The notes below the pieces were generated by a model. It ran no database searches, had not been told where the DNA came from, and saw only the letters and a list, made by a program, of their open reading frames with translations. From Antedon mediterranea (lineage: Eukaryota; Animalia; Echinodermata): 64,000 nucleotides of DNA. Below are positions 39,011-53,600 of this stretch, in pieces (within the stretch, counting starts at the first letter, position 1; every line of letters begins with the position of its first letter). The translations under genes and the position numbers were made by a program. The DNA lies in contig NC_092680.1 of the NCBI RefSeq assembly GCF_964355755.1, forward strand, positions 8,866,001-8,930,000, read 5' to 3'.

Positions 39011-42000
39011 AATACTGGAAATTTGTAGTTACTATCATGTTAAGGTAGCTAAAGATGATTCCTGTGTTCATTTCGAACGTATGGAATCTGGTGTTTGGAG
39101 ATCATAGCCTTGGAATTTTGTGGTATTGTAGGATGGCCAGTCCCTTTCCACGTCGCCGATCGTTTCTAATATTTTTTAACCAGGTACTCTTTCACTGTAC
39201 TTTTGAGTGAACTGTGAGTTGTTCTTATCGTGAATTGAACACTACACAGGTTTTTCTGAATAGTGCGGTATATAATTTATATCAGTTCAATACCGGTCAT
39301 CATACTGTTACTGTAATTTTTCTAGTAGTAGGCCTAGTAGACAATCTTTGAAAACATACTAAAAGTATGTGAAAATTTCCTTAATATTCACTAACACTTT
39401 TTGAATAGCCTAATAATATTCATCCACCTTTCCCTTTCACTACTCTGTCAGTGTCATGCAAGAATTCAGTGCCAGATTGCTCAACATTTCTGTTCATACT
39501 GTCATAATCATTTAGAATTGTACATAATTTTGTAACTATTAAGACAATAAAAACAATCCTAAAAGTTTTTTGTATTCCCGGATTGATGTGAGTTATTTCA
39601 ATTTGACAGAACTAAATTGTAACCAACATTTGTGTAAACTACTCCCATGATTACATGAAACCAGAAGATACGCTTTCATTTTGGAATAAAATCTATCTTC
39701 AACAATAAACAGATTGTATAATACAATTACAGTATCTACATTTTTGCTTGCCTTATTTAATGTCATTTAAAAAAAAAGAAGTAATTATTCTGCACGTGGG
39801 GAAAGTACTTACTGTACATAGTGATTGCATACTAATATTCTACAATCCACCAGACTGGTGTCCGTAACATTTTTATATGTATTTCAATGTATTTTTTGTT
39901 AAATTAAGACATTAGTTTTCCAACATATTCAATGTTTGTCTTGAGTCTGTAAGTAATGCTGGTAGTAAATGCACTGCATATTTAACCACTCTCTCACACG
40001 CACACATGCAATTAATTGAACTTAACCACACAAATCTAAGAAAACATTGATGGGAAAAGAGCATGTGCGAGAAATATAAACTCATTAAACAATTGATTCA
40101 GATAGAAATGTAAACGTATGAATTTCTTAGCGTGATCGATTTTAAACAACGCATATACCCATACAGGTACATCTGAATAAAACACTGAGTAAACACATGC
40201 CTGAGATATGAATTGTTTGATAGGCTGTATTAAGCTCTATCTGTACTATCAAACTAGTTTGACAAAAAAGTGTGATGTGCCCAAATATGGTAGTGATAAT
40301 GACGTCATTGTGTCCATAGATGGACATTTTTTTTGTCACATAACAGTTTGTTTTGCTACTTCTCCTACAATGGCTACTACTGTACTAGTACTACTACTAT
40401 TCTGTAGTGTTCTATAAATGTATCTGTTAGTGTTAATGGAACTATAAAGTACTAACATTATTTAATACCCATCCAGCCAGAATTTAGTAGTCCCTCGTTT
40501 TAAATACTATTGACAAAGTATACAGTTTCCTATACAAACGTCACCTACTTTAGTACTGTAATGTTTATTTGAAGAGCTATGAATATTGTATGTGTTTACT
40601 GTAGGAAAACACCATAAACACTTAAGTATGCGAAGAAAGTCTTATGTATTTAAGAAACTTACATAGCAAGTGTATGCCACTACCATGGTGATGATGATGC
40701 TAATGGACATGATGGATGGTTTTATTTGTAACAATAGGGCAAAGTTAGGATTGAGAATGAGAGGGGGGGCGGTCCAAAAACAATTGTTTTGGTATTTTAC
40801 TTTCATAGTTCATTGAACCTCATTTCGCAGAATATCGAATACAAAATATTTCAGCCTGATCGCCTGTGTGTAGGTACAGTAATAGAAATAGGTTAAACAA
40901 ATTCTTTATGTTTAGTATCTAATTTGATTTTCGGTGAATTATTTATAACATATGATTATGAATTGATCACATAATGAGCCTGCACATTAAAGTAGGACGA
41001 GTTGAGAAGGATAATTATTAGAAAGGGTAGACAAAAGACAAACTTTAAGTGATAAATGAAATAACAGTATATATTCCAGATATCATATTTCTTTTCTATT
41101 GTTCATGCTATAAAAAGGGCTACTGTTTGGCTCCGAGAAAAATCATGCACTAATAACTTAAGCGAAAATAAGCGAGCTCATGTTTTCATTTGCACAGATT
41201 ACACATTAGCAAGTACTTTATACGGCGCTACTTAATGAAGTAATTTTCACCATGGTTAATAACAACAAATAACCTCGTCTCCATGGTAATGGCTATTTCC
41301 ATGAAAGTGTAAACATTGAAATCTGTAATCTTGTTATTTCATTAAATGTATTTGTTTACTTGAGCTAGTACTGATTAACTTACTGTTGATTCTAATCAAG
41401 TCATTTGCAACTTCTGCAATTTTTCTGCATGCACTTTTTTACAAATTATTTAATACTGCATATTTGAATAAACACTCTGGGACATTTATTATTTTTTTGG
41501 TCGTAATATGGTAAAGGAACACGATGAAATAAATCTTCCCTTCGGTCCTGGATATGAAAAATACAACATATTTAAAATCAAGAAGTGAAATCAATTAATC
41601 AGTAATTGTCTCGTATTTAATATGCATGGTGGGGGGGGGGGGGGAAATGCTTGGGTCATTTATTCAAGGCAAAACAATGTTTTATGCAGGGTAGGCATTT
41701 ATTCAGCACAGGATGTTTATTTGAATAATACGGTATGATACTATGTGGTAGGAGGATCGTTGGTAAATTAAATATTCTTAGAAACGTAATTGCTCATTTT
41801 TTGTGCAAATTAATTTAAATTTTGTTCATTAATTTTCTACTAGGTTAATTGGATCAAGGTTTTTTTTTTCACTCAAATGACTTGCAAATCTAAAACATTG
41901 TACTAACAATTTTTTTCCTCCCTGATAACACACTTTTAAATACATTTGTTAAATAGTTTATGGAAAAAAATTTTTTTTTTGCTCAAATCTTAAACAATGT

Positions 42001-42806
42001 ACAGTAACATCTCTTTTCATATTAAAGTTAAAACAACTATTTGTTCAGTCAAGACTTATAAAAAATAACTAAATTTGAATGATTTTCCATGGAAATAAGA
42101 AGCAATCAGAAAGATCAGTACAAAAACTGTAGTGTTAGTAAGATAAGAATTGTAACCTATCCTTATCCAGCATCTCCCTGCATAATCTTTCAAACCAATT
42201 ATATTATTGAGAGGCAATGTACACTACAATCTCCATAAATTGGCTCGTATCAGTGCAACATAAATGAAAATTCCAAATTTGTCCACATAACACTAAATGG
42301 ATTATGTTACCAAGGGAATCATGAAATGTTACGTGTATTGCATTGTTCAACAATAGGTATATAAATCAGTATGTAAAAATACAATCTCACTTTACCTAAA
42401 TACTACTGTAGAACGTTTGGCTCTATTACAAAAGTCTAAAGCATGATTAATTTATTGCAGAAATTGTTATCAACGTAGCTATAAACCATCATTATGTTCT
42501 ACCTGGCCCTGGTAATCCTGTAAAACCAATAAAGACTTAGTATAAAATATTGATATTATCTATGGTAGTTGTGTAGAACAAGGTTTTTCTAGTAGACTTG
42601 GCCTACATTGTAGTTGCTTAAAGACTTTAAGTCTGATTGGGAGATTAAATAATGAACCCTTCTATTGATGTTGAGTAAACAGAAAAACAATCAAACATTT
42701 GTTGCTAAGGTGATATTAACAAAAGGTATTATTTATTAAACCCTTAATACTATTGTCTTCTTTATAATAAACTGTACTCTAATTTCTGGTGATAATACAG
42801 AGGGGT

Positions 42807-43115
42807 ATCCTGCCAGTATGAAGGGAGAGGGAGGTGGATCTAATTGAGGCATGAAGGCTCAAACTTAAATCCTGCCAGTATGAAGGGAGAGGGAGGTGGA
42901 TCTAATTGAGGCATGAAGGCTCAAACTTAAATCCTGCCAGTATGAAGGGAGAGGGAGGTGGATCTAATTGAGGCATGAAGGCTCAAACTTAAATCCTGCC
43001 AGTATGAAGGGAGAGGGAGGTGGATCTAATTGAGGCATGAAGGCTCAAACTTAAATCCTGCCAGTATGAAGGGAGAGGGAGGTGGATCTAATCGAAGCAT
43101 GAAGGCTCAAACTTA
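42807..43115. repeat. 62-bp x5 tandem repeat
   Basis: ATCCTGCCAGTATGAAGGGAGAGGGAGGTGGATCTAATTGAGGCATGAAGGCTCAAACTTAA, five near-identical copies. Confidence 0.92.
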
Positions 43116-44562
43116 AGAGGTGTTTTTTTTTTATCAGGTGTCCTCCTTTTATATAACATCAATGATCAACGCATGGAATAGTAGGCCTTCATGTAAACAT
43201 GCAATTGCATGTAACTTAATCAATAATTCATCTTTACTAATTCTAATAAATATATTTAAACTGGTATAGTAATATGATTAAAATTATTTAAGGTTGTACA
43301 CATGAATATGATTTAGATTCTTTAGGCATTGATGGAAATCTGAAATATAATTCAACAGAACCGATAATAGCCACTGACAGATATGATATTGGCACCATAA
43401 ACATGAAATTAATCTAGAGGCTACATAAGCATCACCTAAGAATGTAAATAATTACGATGATAATCTACAACTAAGTTTAATCTGTTCAACAAATTGTTTT
43501 ATAGAGACGAATAAACAAAGTTAATACATTTGGTTCCACATTTGCAATATTTTCATTATGCATGTACATGTATTTAAGAAAATAAATTTGGAATTCAAAT
43601 AAATTATCATAGAATAGATAATACTGTATTAAGTGGATGCATACTGTAACATTTTACAGTATTCCATGAAAATATTTACTGAATATACTGCAGCTTCAGT
43701 AGTATACAAATGAGTTGAATGTAAAGAATATTTCATGTTATTCAACAACACGGGGTGGAATGCGTTGCACATTATTTTCATTGAGAATTATGAATATCAT
43801 GACCATGTGAATAAATTTGTCTAAAGTTTAACATTTATTCAAATAGGGTCATTTAATATCCATTTGCAGAAATTGGAGAGTCAAGTTGATTTGAACAGCA
43901 TTGGTAAGAATTGGGTGTTTGAATTATTCCTCTGAGGACGGGATACATCTCTACTAATGTTTTATAGTTCCATACTCTAAGCTTGTTATTGCTGATGAAT
44001 TCCCTAATGTCTTTTAGCATGGTTGCATCTATGTTTTGCAGATTATCATGTAAAAGTATGTAAATCTTTACATCCGGAAATTTATCAAGCATAAATTGTG
44101 AACTATATCATTGAGTTCGATGAAAGAAAAAGAAAATAGTTTTAAAGGCACGTACTGTATCTTATTTATTTAATCCATTCCTTCATGTCCAGAATACATG
44201 ATTTTTACTTGACATATAGTATACTATTTTAAAACACATGAATAAAACCTTTCAACAAAGTTTTATGAGGTAGTCTACAGACAGCTATACAAAAAGTGTG
44301 AGTAGTAGTTATCGGACCAATCAGGCAAATATAAGATGTCACACAGTTTTAAAAAACTACAAAATGTCTAATGCTATTATCATTACCAGGAAAGATAGTG
44401 TAATTTCACTTTTCCCTGTTATTTGTAAAAAAAAAAAACCAGAATAGTATTAATGCAAATGTTTTTTAATGTTTTCTTATTTGTAGAAATTGAATAAATT
44501 AAATCATCATAATCATAAATAAACAATCGTAAATATTTAAAATCAAGGCTCGAAATACCATA

Positions 44563-45514
44563 CAGTACCAGCGAGAATTACTGCCCAATTCGGACGCGGC
44601 AGACGCGGCATGAATACGTCCATGACGCGTCCACTTCGCGTCCATTATATCGACGCGTCTGACGTGATTTGACCTTAGACCAACGTCCTTTGTGTTTGAG
44701 CTAACCGGGAGCTAACCACGCCGGTGTTAACGTAAACAAAAGCTCCGCATTGTTACTGTACTACAGTTATATTCTGTACGATGTTTTCTCAACCCGTGAA
44801 AACCTGTATTAAACGAAATGTATTTTATACTACAGTAGTTAATAACATGCAAAAAAAAACCTCTAAAAAACGAATTAATGAATAAGTGCGTATAGATACC
44901 AGTTCATTAGTACTACAGCTTACTATATGGGCAAGAAAGACTGATTTTTTGTGAGTAAAATTATTATCGGATGTCAAAAAACTTCTTTGGCACGCCGCCT
45001 AAAAAGAAACCGCTGAACGAGACTTGCGGGAAATGCAGTGCTGAAACCACGTGTGCCTGCCATGCAGTAAAACCACGTGATAGCATATTTACCAAACTCG
45101 AACGTTCGGCGACTAGACCCGAGTGTGTGAAAATAATATGTTGCTTTCGCTGTCCGAGCGAAGCAATGAATTGTGAGTATCGAATGTCAAAAAACTTCTT
45201 TGGCACGCCGCCTAAAAAGAAACCGCCGAACGGGACTTGCGGGAAATGTAGTGCTGAAACCACGTGTGCCTGCCATGCATGCAGTAAAACCACGTGATAG
45301 CAGTCAGGCTTAGTTTTCCGATGTCATTTGAATATGAATACGGTCGCGAACAATAACAAAAACAGACTCAGGTAGCGAGGTCACGGCCCGCCCGACGAAA
45401 GTGCGTCCAAATCATTGGTTTAGTTTATGAATGGACGCGTCGTGGACGAAAATTGGACGGACACTCGACGCGTCCGTCGCGTCCAAAAAGGGGCAGTAAT
45501 TCTCGCTGGTACTG
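44563..45514. mobile_element. Non-autonomous DNA transposon with 24-bp TIRs and TA flanks
   Basis: TA|CAGTACCAGCGAGAATTACTGCCC ... GGGCAGTAATTCTCGCTGGTACTG|TA. Subterminal GACGCG motifs and an internal direct repeat with 213-bp spacing. Confidence 0.85.
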
Positions 45515-46558
45515 TACTTGCAATTTCCAAGTAGATTTTTTTTTTATATAATTGCTAATATAACTGAAATTTAAAAACAAGCTAATGTTTGCTGGTTGTA
45601 ATTTAAAAAAAAAATTATAGCCATGGGTGTAAATATTCAAAATCACATTACCAGATACAGTATGTTATTTATAACCAGATAATGAAATTGAAGCAACGTG
45701 TTACATTTCAGTGGGAAATAGTCATCAATAAGATTAGAACATTCTAAAAAAAACTGTTATTATTCTATACACAACAATAATCTCAAAATCTTCGGCAATT
45801 GTCAAAGCCAATTGACAATATATCCATTGATTTATTATTGCCTTGAGAAATAATTTACATCTTCAAAACTAATAAAATATGAATTGTGTATGATGTAAAC
45901 TAAAATAGTAATAATCCCACCTTACATCAACTTATAATTCACTGTCAAGTCAGTTTTTAAACCATTTTCGAATTGACAATCAAGAGAAAATTTAATCTAC
46001 TGCACATATAAATTACACCGTGGCTATCCTTACGAGTTGTAAAATGTAGCCCCGAATGTTATCCTTACAACAATGGATAGTGCATAAACAACGAACGCCT
46101 GAGACGGTCGGGCTCGTTCCCTCGAAACCTAAAAAAAAAAAGCATCCCTCTTGGCAAATGGTGATGGTCAATAAAGAAGACTATTGATTATCGTAATACA
46201 GTATACACACTATGTATAAATTATGCTTAAATTAAAGATGGCAGACACAATGGGACACGCTATCTCTACATTTGTCTTGGTTTCAGCCCCTGGCGGCAGC
46301 CCAGGTGGTGTCATTTTTTCCCACTCATTTTTACCCTAAAATGTAGATATTTCCTAACAGTTCTGTTTACAGAGGTATTCTAGCCGAAAAAAAAAATAAA
46401 GCAGAATAAAGTACAGTATACACTTTAATTATACCTGGTAAATTTGATTAGTTTGTTGGGTCATTTAGATTAATAACATATAGTGTTATATTTAATGATT
46501 TACTAATAGTAATAATTACTAATAGTGTAACTGTAACTAATAGATTTGTACATCAATA

Positions 46559-47874
46559 ATAGTCCATGGGATTTAGCTAAAAAATGACCCTTTTCTCACA
46601 CAAATTGCAAGAAAAGGTTTTTTTGATGAAATGTGTTCTTTAGACCCTACTGAACATATTTATCAACGTTAGGACATTTTTCGACAACGGGAAGTAGCCT
46701 AATTTGCATAATTAAAAATGGCCGCCATTTTTGATAACGTACTCTGTATCTTGAAAACCGCTAGTCACAGATACTTAATTATGGTGTCAAAATCGTTAGA
46801 ATATATGTTTTTATATTCACTTTATTGAAAAAGTTTGTCCAAAAATGAATGGAAGTGCTATTTCTAACATTATTGACCTTTGACCTTGAATTCTCATATC
46901 TCAGCAACCACTAATCGGAGATATATATATATATATAATGTATGTATACATAGTCTAATATTTTTTTTTTTAGTGAATATTTCAGTTTTTAAATTTAATT
47001 TAAATCAACTGGTTACATGCACTTTAAATTACCACCATATTCTAAACAAGTAGTGCCAAATCACATGTTCTAATGAATGCCTACATGAAGAAGATTCCGG
47101 GTTTAAAAATCCTTTTCAAATATAGTTCAAATGTTAATAACCATACAATAGGTCATTATTGGACATAATGTGTCATTGGACTCTATAGAAACATGTATGT
47201 TCTGAATAATTTGACACTAAAAATAATTTCATATGTACAATATTTTCAAAGTTATGCGATTTTATGTAGTGCAAAGTTCAAAGGTCAATAATGTTAGAAT
47301 CAGCAATTTTTTGCAAAAACATGCCATTAGACTAAATATAAATATGTAGTTTCTAAACAGTTTGAGCCATATTGTGTGTCTCTCAGATTAGTGGTTGCTA
47401 AGATATGATAAATCAAGGTCAAAGGTCAATAATGTTAGAATCCGCCATTTTTTGCAAAAACATGCCATTAGACTGGATATAAATGTGTAGTTTCTGAACA
47501 ATTTAAGCCCTAATTTGTATATCTCCGATTAGTGGTTGCTGAGATATGATAAATCAAGGTCAAAGGTCAATAATGTTAGAAATAGCACTTCCATTCATTT
47601 TTGGACAAACTTTGTCATTAAAGTGAATATAAAAACATATGTTCTAATGATTTTGACACCATAATTAAGTATCTGTGACTAGCGGTTTCCAAGATACAGA
47701 GTACGTTATTAAAAATGGCGGCCATTTTTAATTATGCAAATTAGGCTACTTCCTGTTGTCGAAAAATGTCCTAACGTTGATAAATGTGTTCAGTATGGTC
47801 TAAAGAACACATTTCATCAAAAAAACCTTTTCTTGCAATTTGTGTGAGTTAAAAGTCTAAATCCCATGGACTAT
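46559..47874. mobile_element. Long-TIR (foldback-like) non-autonomous element
   Basis: Ends ATAGTCCATGGGATTTAG / CTAAATCCCATGGACTAT with inverted arms of over 300 bp. An internal ~140-bp GGTCAAAGGTCAATAATGTTAGAA unit is repeated on the right side. Confidence 0.8.
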
Positions 47875-50626
47875 AATTAAAGTTTGAAATTATAATGGAA
47901 CAGCTATGAAGCAATGATGATCAATGGAATATGATGATCCAACGTAATTAAATCCCTTTAAAAGCGATGCCGAAAGATCTCCACGTCTACTGTAGCATTA
48001 CAATTACAGTAATTATTAATATTCAAATTAGTAATGGCATGTATGACATGCGATGTGGATGACCAACCAGACGATCAACAATTGTCTGTAACGGTCTTTA
48101 CTATGTATAAACAAATTGCAAATAATTTAGTTTTTCAACAGAGAAAAAAATTATTGTAGAGTAACAGAAACCATATTACCCTTAAACACTATAAATAATC
48201 ATAAGCACAATTCAAGCACAATAACAGTAGTCATAAATCTTTTTAACAAGGGGATTCCCCTTCCAGATACCTGTTGATTGACCTCAAATATTGATTCAAT
48301 AATAAATTTGTAGGTAAATGTATAGTTGGATAAAAATAGTACTTGGTAGTTAGGAGCAAAAGAATTATTTGTTTTATAATAGTTAAATCATGATTGTGAA
48401 TGAAGGGAAAAGATGATGAAGAGGATGGCGACAATAATGAGGTGGATAAAAGCACTGACAATAGAGAATGATGACGAAGAATGATGACCATTGTTATATT
48501 TATTTTATATTTCTGTATATAAAGTATGGTAATATAAATTTTGTATAATATATTTTGTTATTAATTATCTATGCTAAAATTGTAATGTTCCGGAGGGGGT
48601 GTTTATAAAATGACAATGAAAGTAAAAATAACTTCTTCTTAGGATTCTTTTAAATCATTAAATCTGTTATTTTGTGCAATCACTTTTTTAAATGCTGTGT
48701 GTATATAATTGTTCTTGATCCTTTAATTTAATAAAATTACACAAATCAAAAGTGGTGTTACAGAGTCTATAAGTGCTAACTTACCTGGATAAACCGACTA
48801 CATTGGCCTACTGTAATCTCTCCAAGAGGAGAGCTACAACTCGATTATATATAAAACATTTATTAAAAACCAACCCTTAATGGTACATACCATGAACCCT
48901 GCTATAATCATTTGTATAATATTATAACAAATATAATTATTAAATAAGAATATACATGTATTAATGAATTAATTGTGAAAGATGATGAAGGATGATATGA
49001 TGAAGATCCAGATTGATGACAGAAGGGACTGATAACAAATCACAAGGATCAAGATGATTGAAGACGGTGGTTTAGGATCAAAAGACAATTATGATTATTG
49101 AGAATGAGGATGGGGGATTATGCAGTTGACGATGATTTAAGAGGATGATTGAGATTCAGATTAAATTTATTGACATGTGTACATGTAAACATAAAATTAC
49201 AATGAAAAGCTCAAAAAATAATATACCGTATATGAAAGCACTCAGAAACTGAGTGAAGTACTTGGCAAAGTATTGCCACAGACTGTTAATGTTGATATTT
49301 CGGTCCATGTTGAAAGAATACACATTTTCTTTGTGTAGTTATTATGAATCAATTCTCTTAAATTTCAATAGGCATATTCTGTAGTGTAAGTATATTCCTA
49401 TTTACACCGAAAAATTCAGGGTGATACAATTAGGCGCTATTATACTAACAAACAAACAAAGCAAGTACTATACAATACTATACTATAGACTGTCTATCAC
49501 AGATCAGTAGCCATACATGTTAAGTGTAATTTATAGATCTAATGGATAATGAGAACAACATGAAAAATGTGCCTCATTCGCAAGACAGCTCAGTCTCAGT
49601 AAAAATGTCATGTCAATAAATTGTATTTACTTGAACCCCATTAGATAATACAGAGATGTCTGTGAAGAATTATATTTATTTATCTTTTCTGAAATTGCAT
49701 TTCAACGATATCAATGTTTACCATTAGACAATAAAAGATAAATAACACAGATACTACAAGAAATACATCGCTGCGTAAGCATTTTCTACAGTAGGAAATC
49801 TTAGAGAAGAAAACAAACATTTTATAAAAAATACTACTGTAGTCAAGCTCTGTCTACAGTACACTCTATCAAATAAGTTTGACAAAAAAAGTGTGTTGTG
49901 CCCAAATATGGCTGTGATATACCAAATAAGGTAGTGATATGACATCATCATGTCCCTATATGGACACATCACATACAGTATAAAGTTTGATAGTGTAGAC
50001 AGAGCATTAGTGAAGTAACTTGACCAATTAAGCAGGATGTATATGAGTGGGAATCAGCCTTTATTCACTTTGGTACTTTGTACTTGAAATACAATAGGGT
50101 ATTTTTCACACTAAATATTATTTTCTTAGTTAGACCTATAACGTTTTATGCCACATACAATAAGAAAGCTGTAAGAAACTTTAATATGTAAATCAAGAAT
50201 ATTGAACAGGTTTAAAGAGGTTGCATTGAAATAATTGCTGGTAGTAACAAACTGGATAAATATCAATTTTTAGGCCATGGCAATTATATTTTGCATGGTG
50301 TGAAAGAGCATGGGATAAAATAATAAGTATGATTGTAATCAAGATTAAAGCATCAAAGATACTAGTTTTTATTTACTATAAAGTACTTTATTAGACTTAT
50401 TTTTAATTACAGTTTTTAAATGCATATTATATAAAAGGTTTTATAAATGCACATTAATTTTCTTTTTTTGATGAAAACAACATCCATTTATCATTGAATC
50501 AATGTTTCCTAGCTTTTGATTATTACTGTAGCATTGAATTACCAATGAAACATTATATTTCATGTTTGCTATGTCACAGTATAGTAGTACTATTTTTGGC
50601 AACAGCATGCTATTTTTAGACTCTTT

Positions 50627-53600
50627 TTAGTTATCCGCTTAGTAGCGGATAACTCCTTGTAATCGTCCTGTTACTTTTTTTTAGTTATCCGCACTTGGCG
50701 GATAACTCCTTGTGATTGTATGGGATCATCATTTTTTTTTTTTTTTCTGTATTATTAGTTATCCGCTTAGTAGCGGATAACTCCTTGTGATTGTATTGGA
50801 TCAATATTTTTCTTTTTCTGTATTATTCTTCTTTCTTTCCCATTTTTTTGTGAGTCACGTTTCTCTAAAATGTGTAAACGTAACATTTTATAACTTTGAG
50901 AACATGTGGGCATTTACGTGAAGTTGTGCATCTCCTATTTTGAATGACGTCAGAGTTGCGCAACGTGACTTGCGCGCGATTTTATGATTTTTAATGATTG
51001 ATCATAGCTTAAAAACCAAGCGTAATTTTTTTTTTACCCTTCATGAAAATTTAAGTCATATCAAGGACAAACTTTTAGTTAACTAAAAATGGCGTGTTTT
51101 ACAAGAAGTTACGCGCGCACGCGCATTTAAAATTTCAAAATACGCAAAATTAATTTCTAATCAACTTTCTACGCTGATCTTGACATTTTGAGCATGTCAA
51201 AAATTCCCACGCGCCCGCAAATTTTTACGTGCGCGGTGCGCATGTAGCGTTAAAAATATATTTTCTTCGCTTGATTTATGTTTTTCTAGCCTTTTTTAGT
51301 GGTTTTACCAACTTTTAAACCATTTTGACTTAAAATCATGTCATACGAGCACGTCGAACTGAACAATTTGCGCTCGTTTTTGATGAAAAAGTTCAAAAAT
51401 TCGTCAAAATTATGCCTTTTTTTAAACTGTCGTAATTTCTAAACTGCACGGTCAACTTTTTGTGGATGACATTTTCTGGAAGTTGATTAGTTTTAGATAT
51501 CGAATAATGTATTAATATGGCTAACCGGATATTGTGACGTCATTGTATGGCCACGCGAATATAAAATTTAAGATTTTTTTGTTTTTTGTAATAGGTCATA
51601 ACATTTAATAGAGCGCATCTCCACTTATCCCTTTTCCATTTTCACCCCGATTTTGATATTGTCTAGGTCAATCAACTATCTTTCGCATGAGTTAAAAATA
51701 TTTTAATTTTTATGACGTCATCATTTCTAAAAATGTAAATAACGTGGGTCACCTATTTTCATCTTTACAGTAAATTTCAATCTGTTATAGCTCGTAAGAA
51801 TAAAATGTGATAATCACGATTAAAACGTTTTCTGGAAGCTATTGGATTGTAGATACGAATTCATGTAAACATTTTGCCAATCAGATGTAGTGACGTTATC
51901 ATATGGCCAGTTGAATAAAAAAAGTTGTATTTTTATATTTTGCGTCATAGTTCATCACATTTAAAAGAGCGCGCATCTATGTTTCACGTATCCAAATTTC
52001 TTCTACAGGTTAATATGTTGTTGCTGAGATAATATCCTTCCGAAATTGTTATTTTAGTGTTTCATTTTGATACCGTCGCCATGTTAAAAAATGGTATAAA
52101 TGACGGGTCCCGTAATTTCACCTATTCTACACTGTATGTAATATGTATACAGATTATACTGTTTATACTGATACTATATGATACAAAATTGACAGAATTC
52201 AGCACTAACAACATATCATATTCTTCAGATCAGGTCATAATGCCATAATCTTTTTCTGTGTGCAAAATTCCAACGAGTATGACGTGCACGTGGCGTTTGT
52301 CGTGCGGATAACTAACTCGTCAAAGTGACGAGTTTCATGTCTAGTTCTTATTTCTTTCCTTCCATTTTTGTGTAGAGCGTTTCTCTAACATGTGTAAACG
52401 TAACATTTCATAACCTTGACAACATGTGGGCATTTATGTGAAGTTGTGCACCTCCTATTTTTGAATGACGTCAGAGTTGCGCAACGTGACTTACGCGCGA
52501 TTTTATAAATTTCGCGTATTTAACATAGGTCAAAAACACAATAACATTTTGAATTGAAACTTTGCAGAAGTTTAATTTATATCGTGTGCTAACTTTCTGT
52601 GGAAAAAAAAATTGCGAGTTTTACACAAATTTACGCGCGCACGCGTATTTAAAATTTGAAAATGCGAAAAAACAATTTCTAATCGAATTTCTACGCGTTT
52701 CATGTCATTTTGAGCATGTCAAAAATTCCCACGCGCCCGCAATTTTTTACGCGCGCGGTGGGCACGTAGCGTTAAAAACATCGCTTTTTTGAGTGATTTA
52801 TGTTTTTCCAGCCTTTTCTAGTAATTTTACAAACTTTTAAACAATTTTGACTTAAAATGACGTTATACGAGCACGTAGAATTGAACAATTTGCACGGGTT
52901 TTTGATAAAAAAATCAAAAATTCGTCAAAATTAAGCCTTTTTTTAAACAGTCGTAGTTTCTATACTAAACAATGAAAGTTATTTTTATTACATATTCTGG
53001 AAGTTGATGAGTTGTAGATATCGGATCATGCATTAATATGGCTAACAGGACATTTTGATGTCATCGTAAGGCCACGCGAATATAAAATTTAGGATTTTTG
53101 TATCTTTCTTCATAGCTCATCACATTTAATAGAGCGCATCTACACTTATCCGTTTTCCATTTTAACCCCGATTTTGATATTGTCTAGGTCAATCAACTAT
53201 CTTTCGCATGAGTTAAAAATATTTTTATTTTTATGACGTCATCATGCCTAAAAATTTAAATTACGTGTGGCATAAATTTCATATTTACAGTAAAATTTAA
53301 TCTGTTATAGCTCGTAAGAATGAAATGTGATAATCATGATTAAAACGTTTTCTGGAAGCTATTGAATTGTAGATACGAAATCATGTGAACATTTTCCTAA
53401 TCGGATGTTGTGACGTCATCATATGGCCAGTTATATAAAAAAAGTCGTATTTTCATCTTTTGCGTTATATTTCATTACATTTAAAAGAGCGCGCATCAAT
53501 ATTTCACGTATTCAATTTCTTGTACACGCTAATATGTTGTTGCTGAGATAATTTCCTTCCGAAATTGCTACCTTCGCGTTTCATTTTGAAACCGTCAGCA

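Noticed and set aside
39040-39500. GC-richer exon-like patches in the NCKX intron
   Set aside because: All frames hit stops within a short distance and no consistent splice phases could be assembled.
43853-44092. Resemblance of the 79-aa ORF to the C-terminal part of a TIR domain
   Set aside because: Only a loose hydrophobic pattern matches and no box 1 or box 2 exons were found. It is kept as an unassigned exon-like segment.
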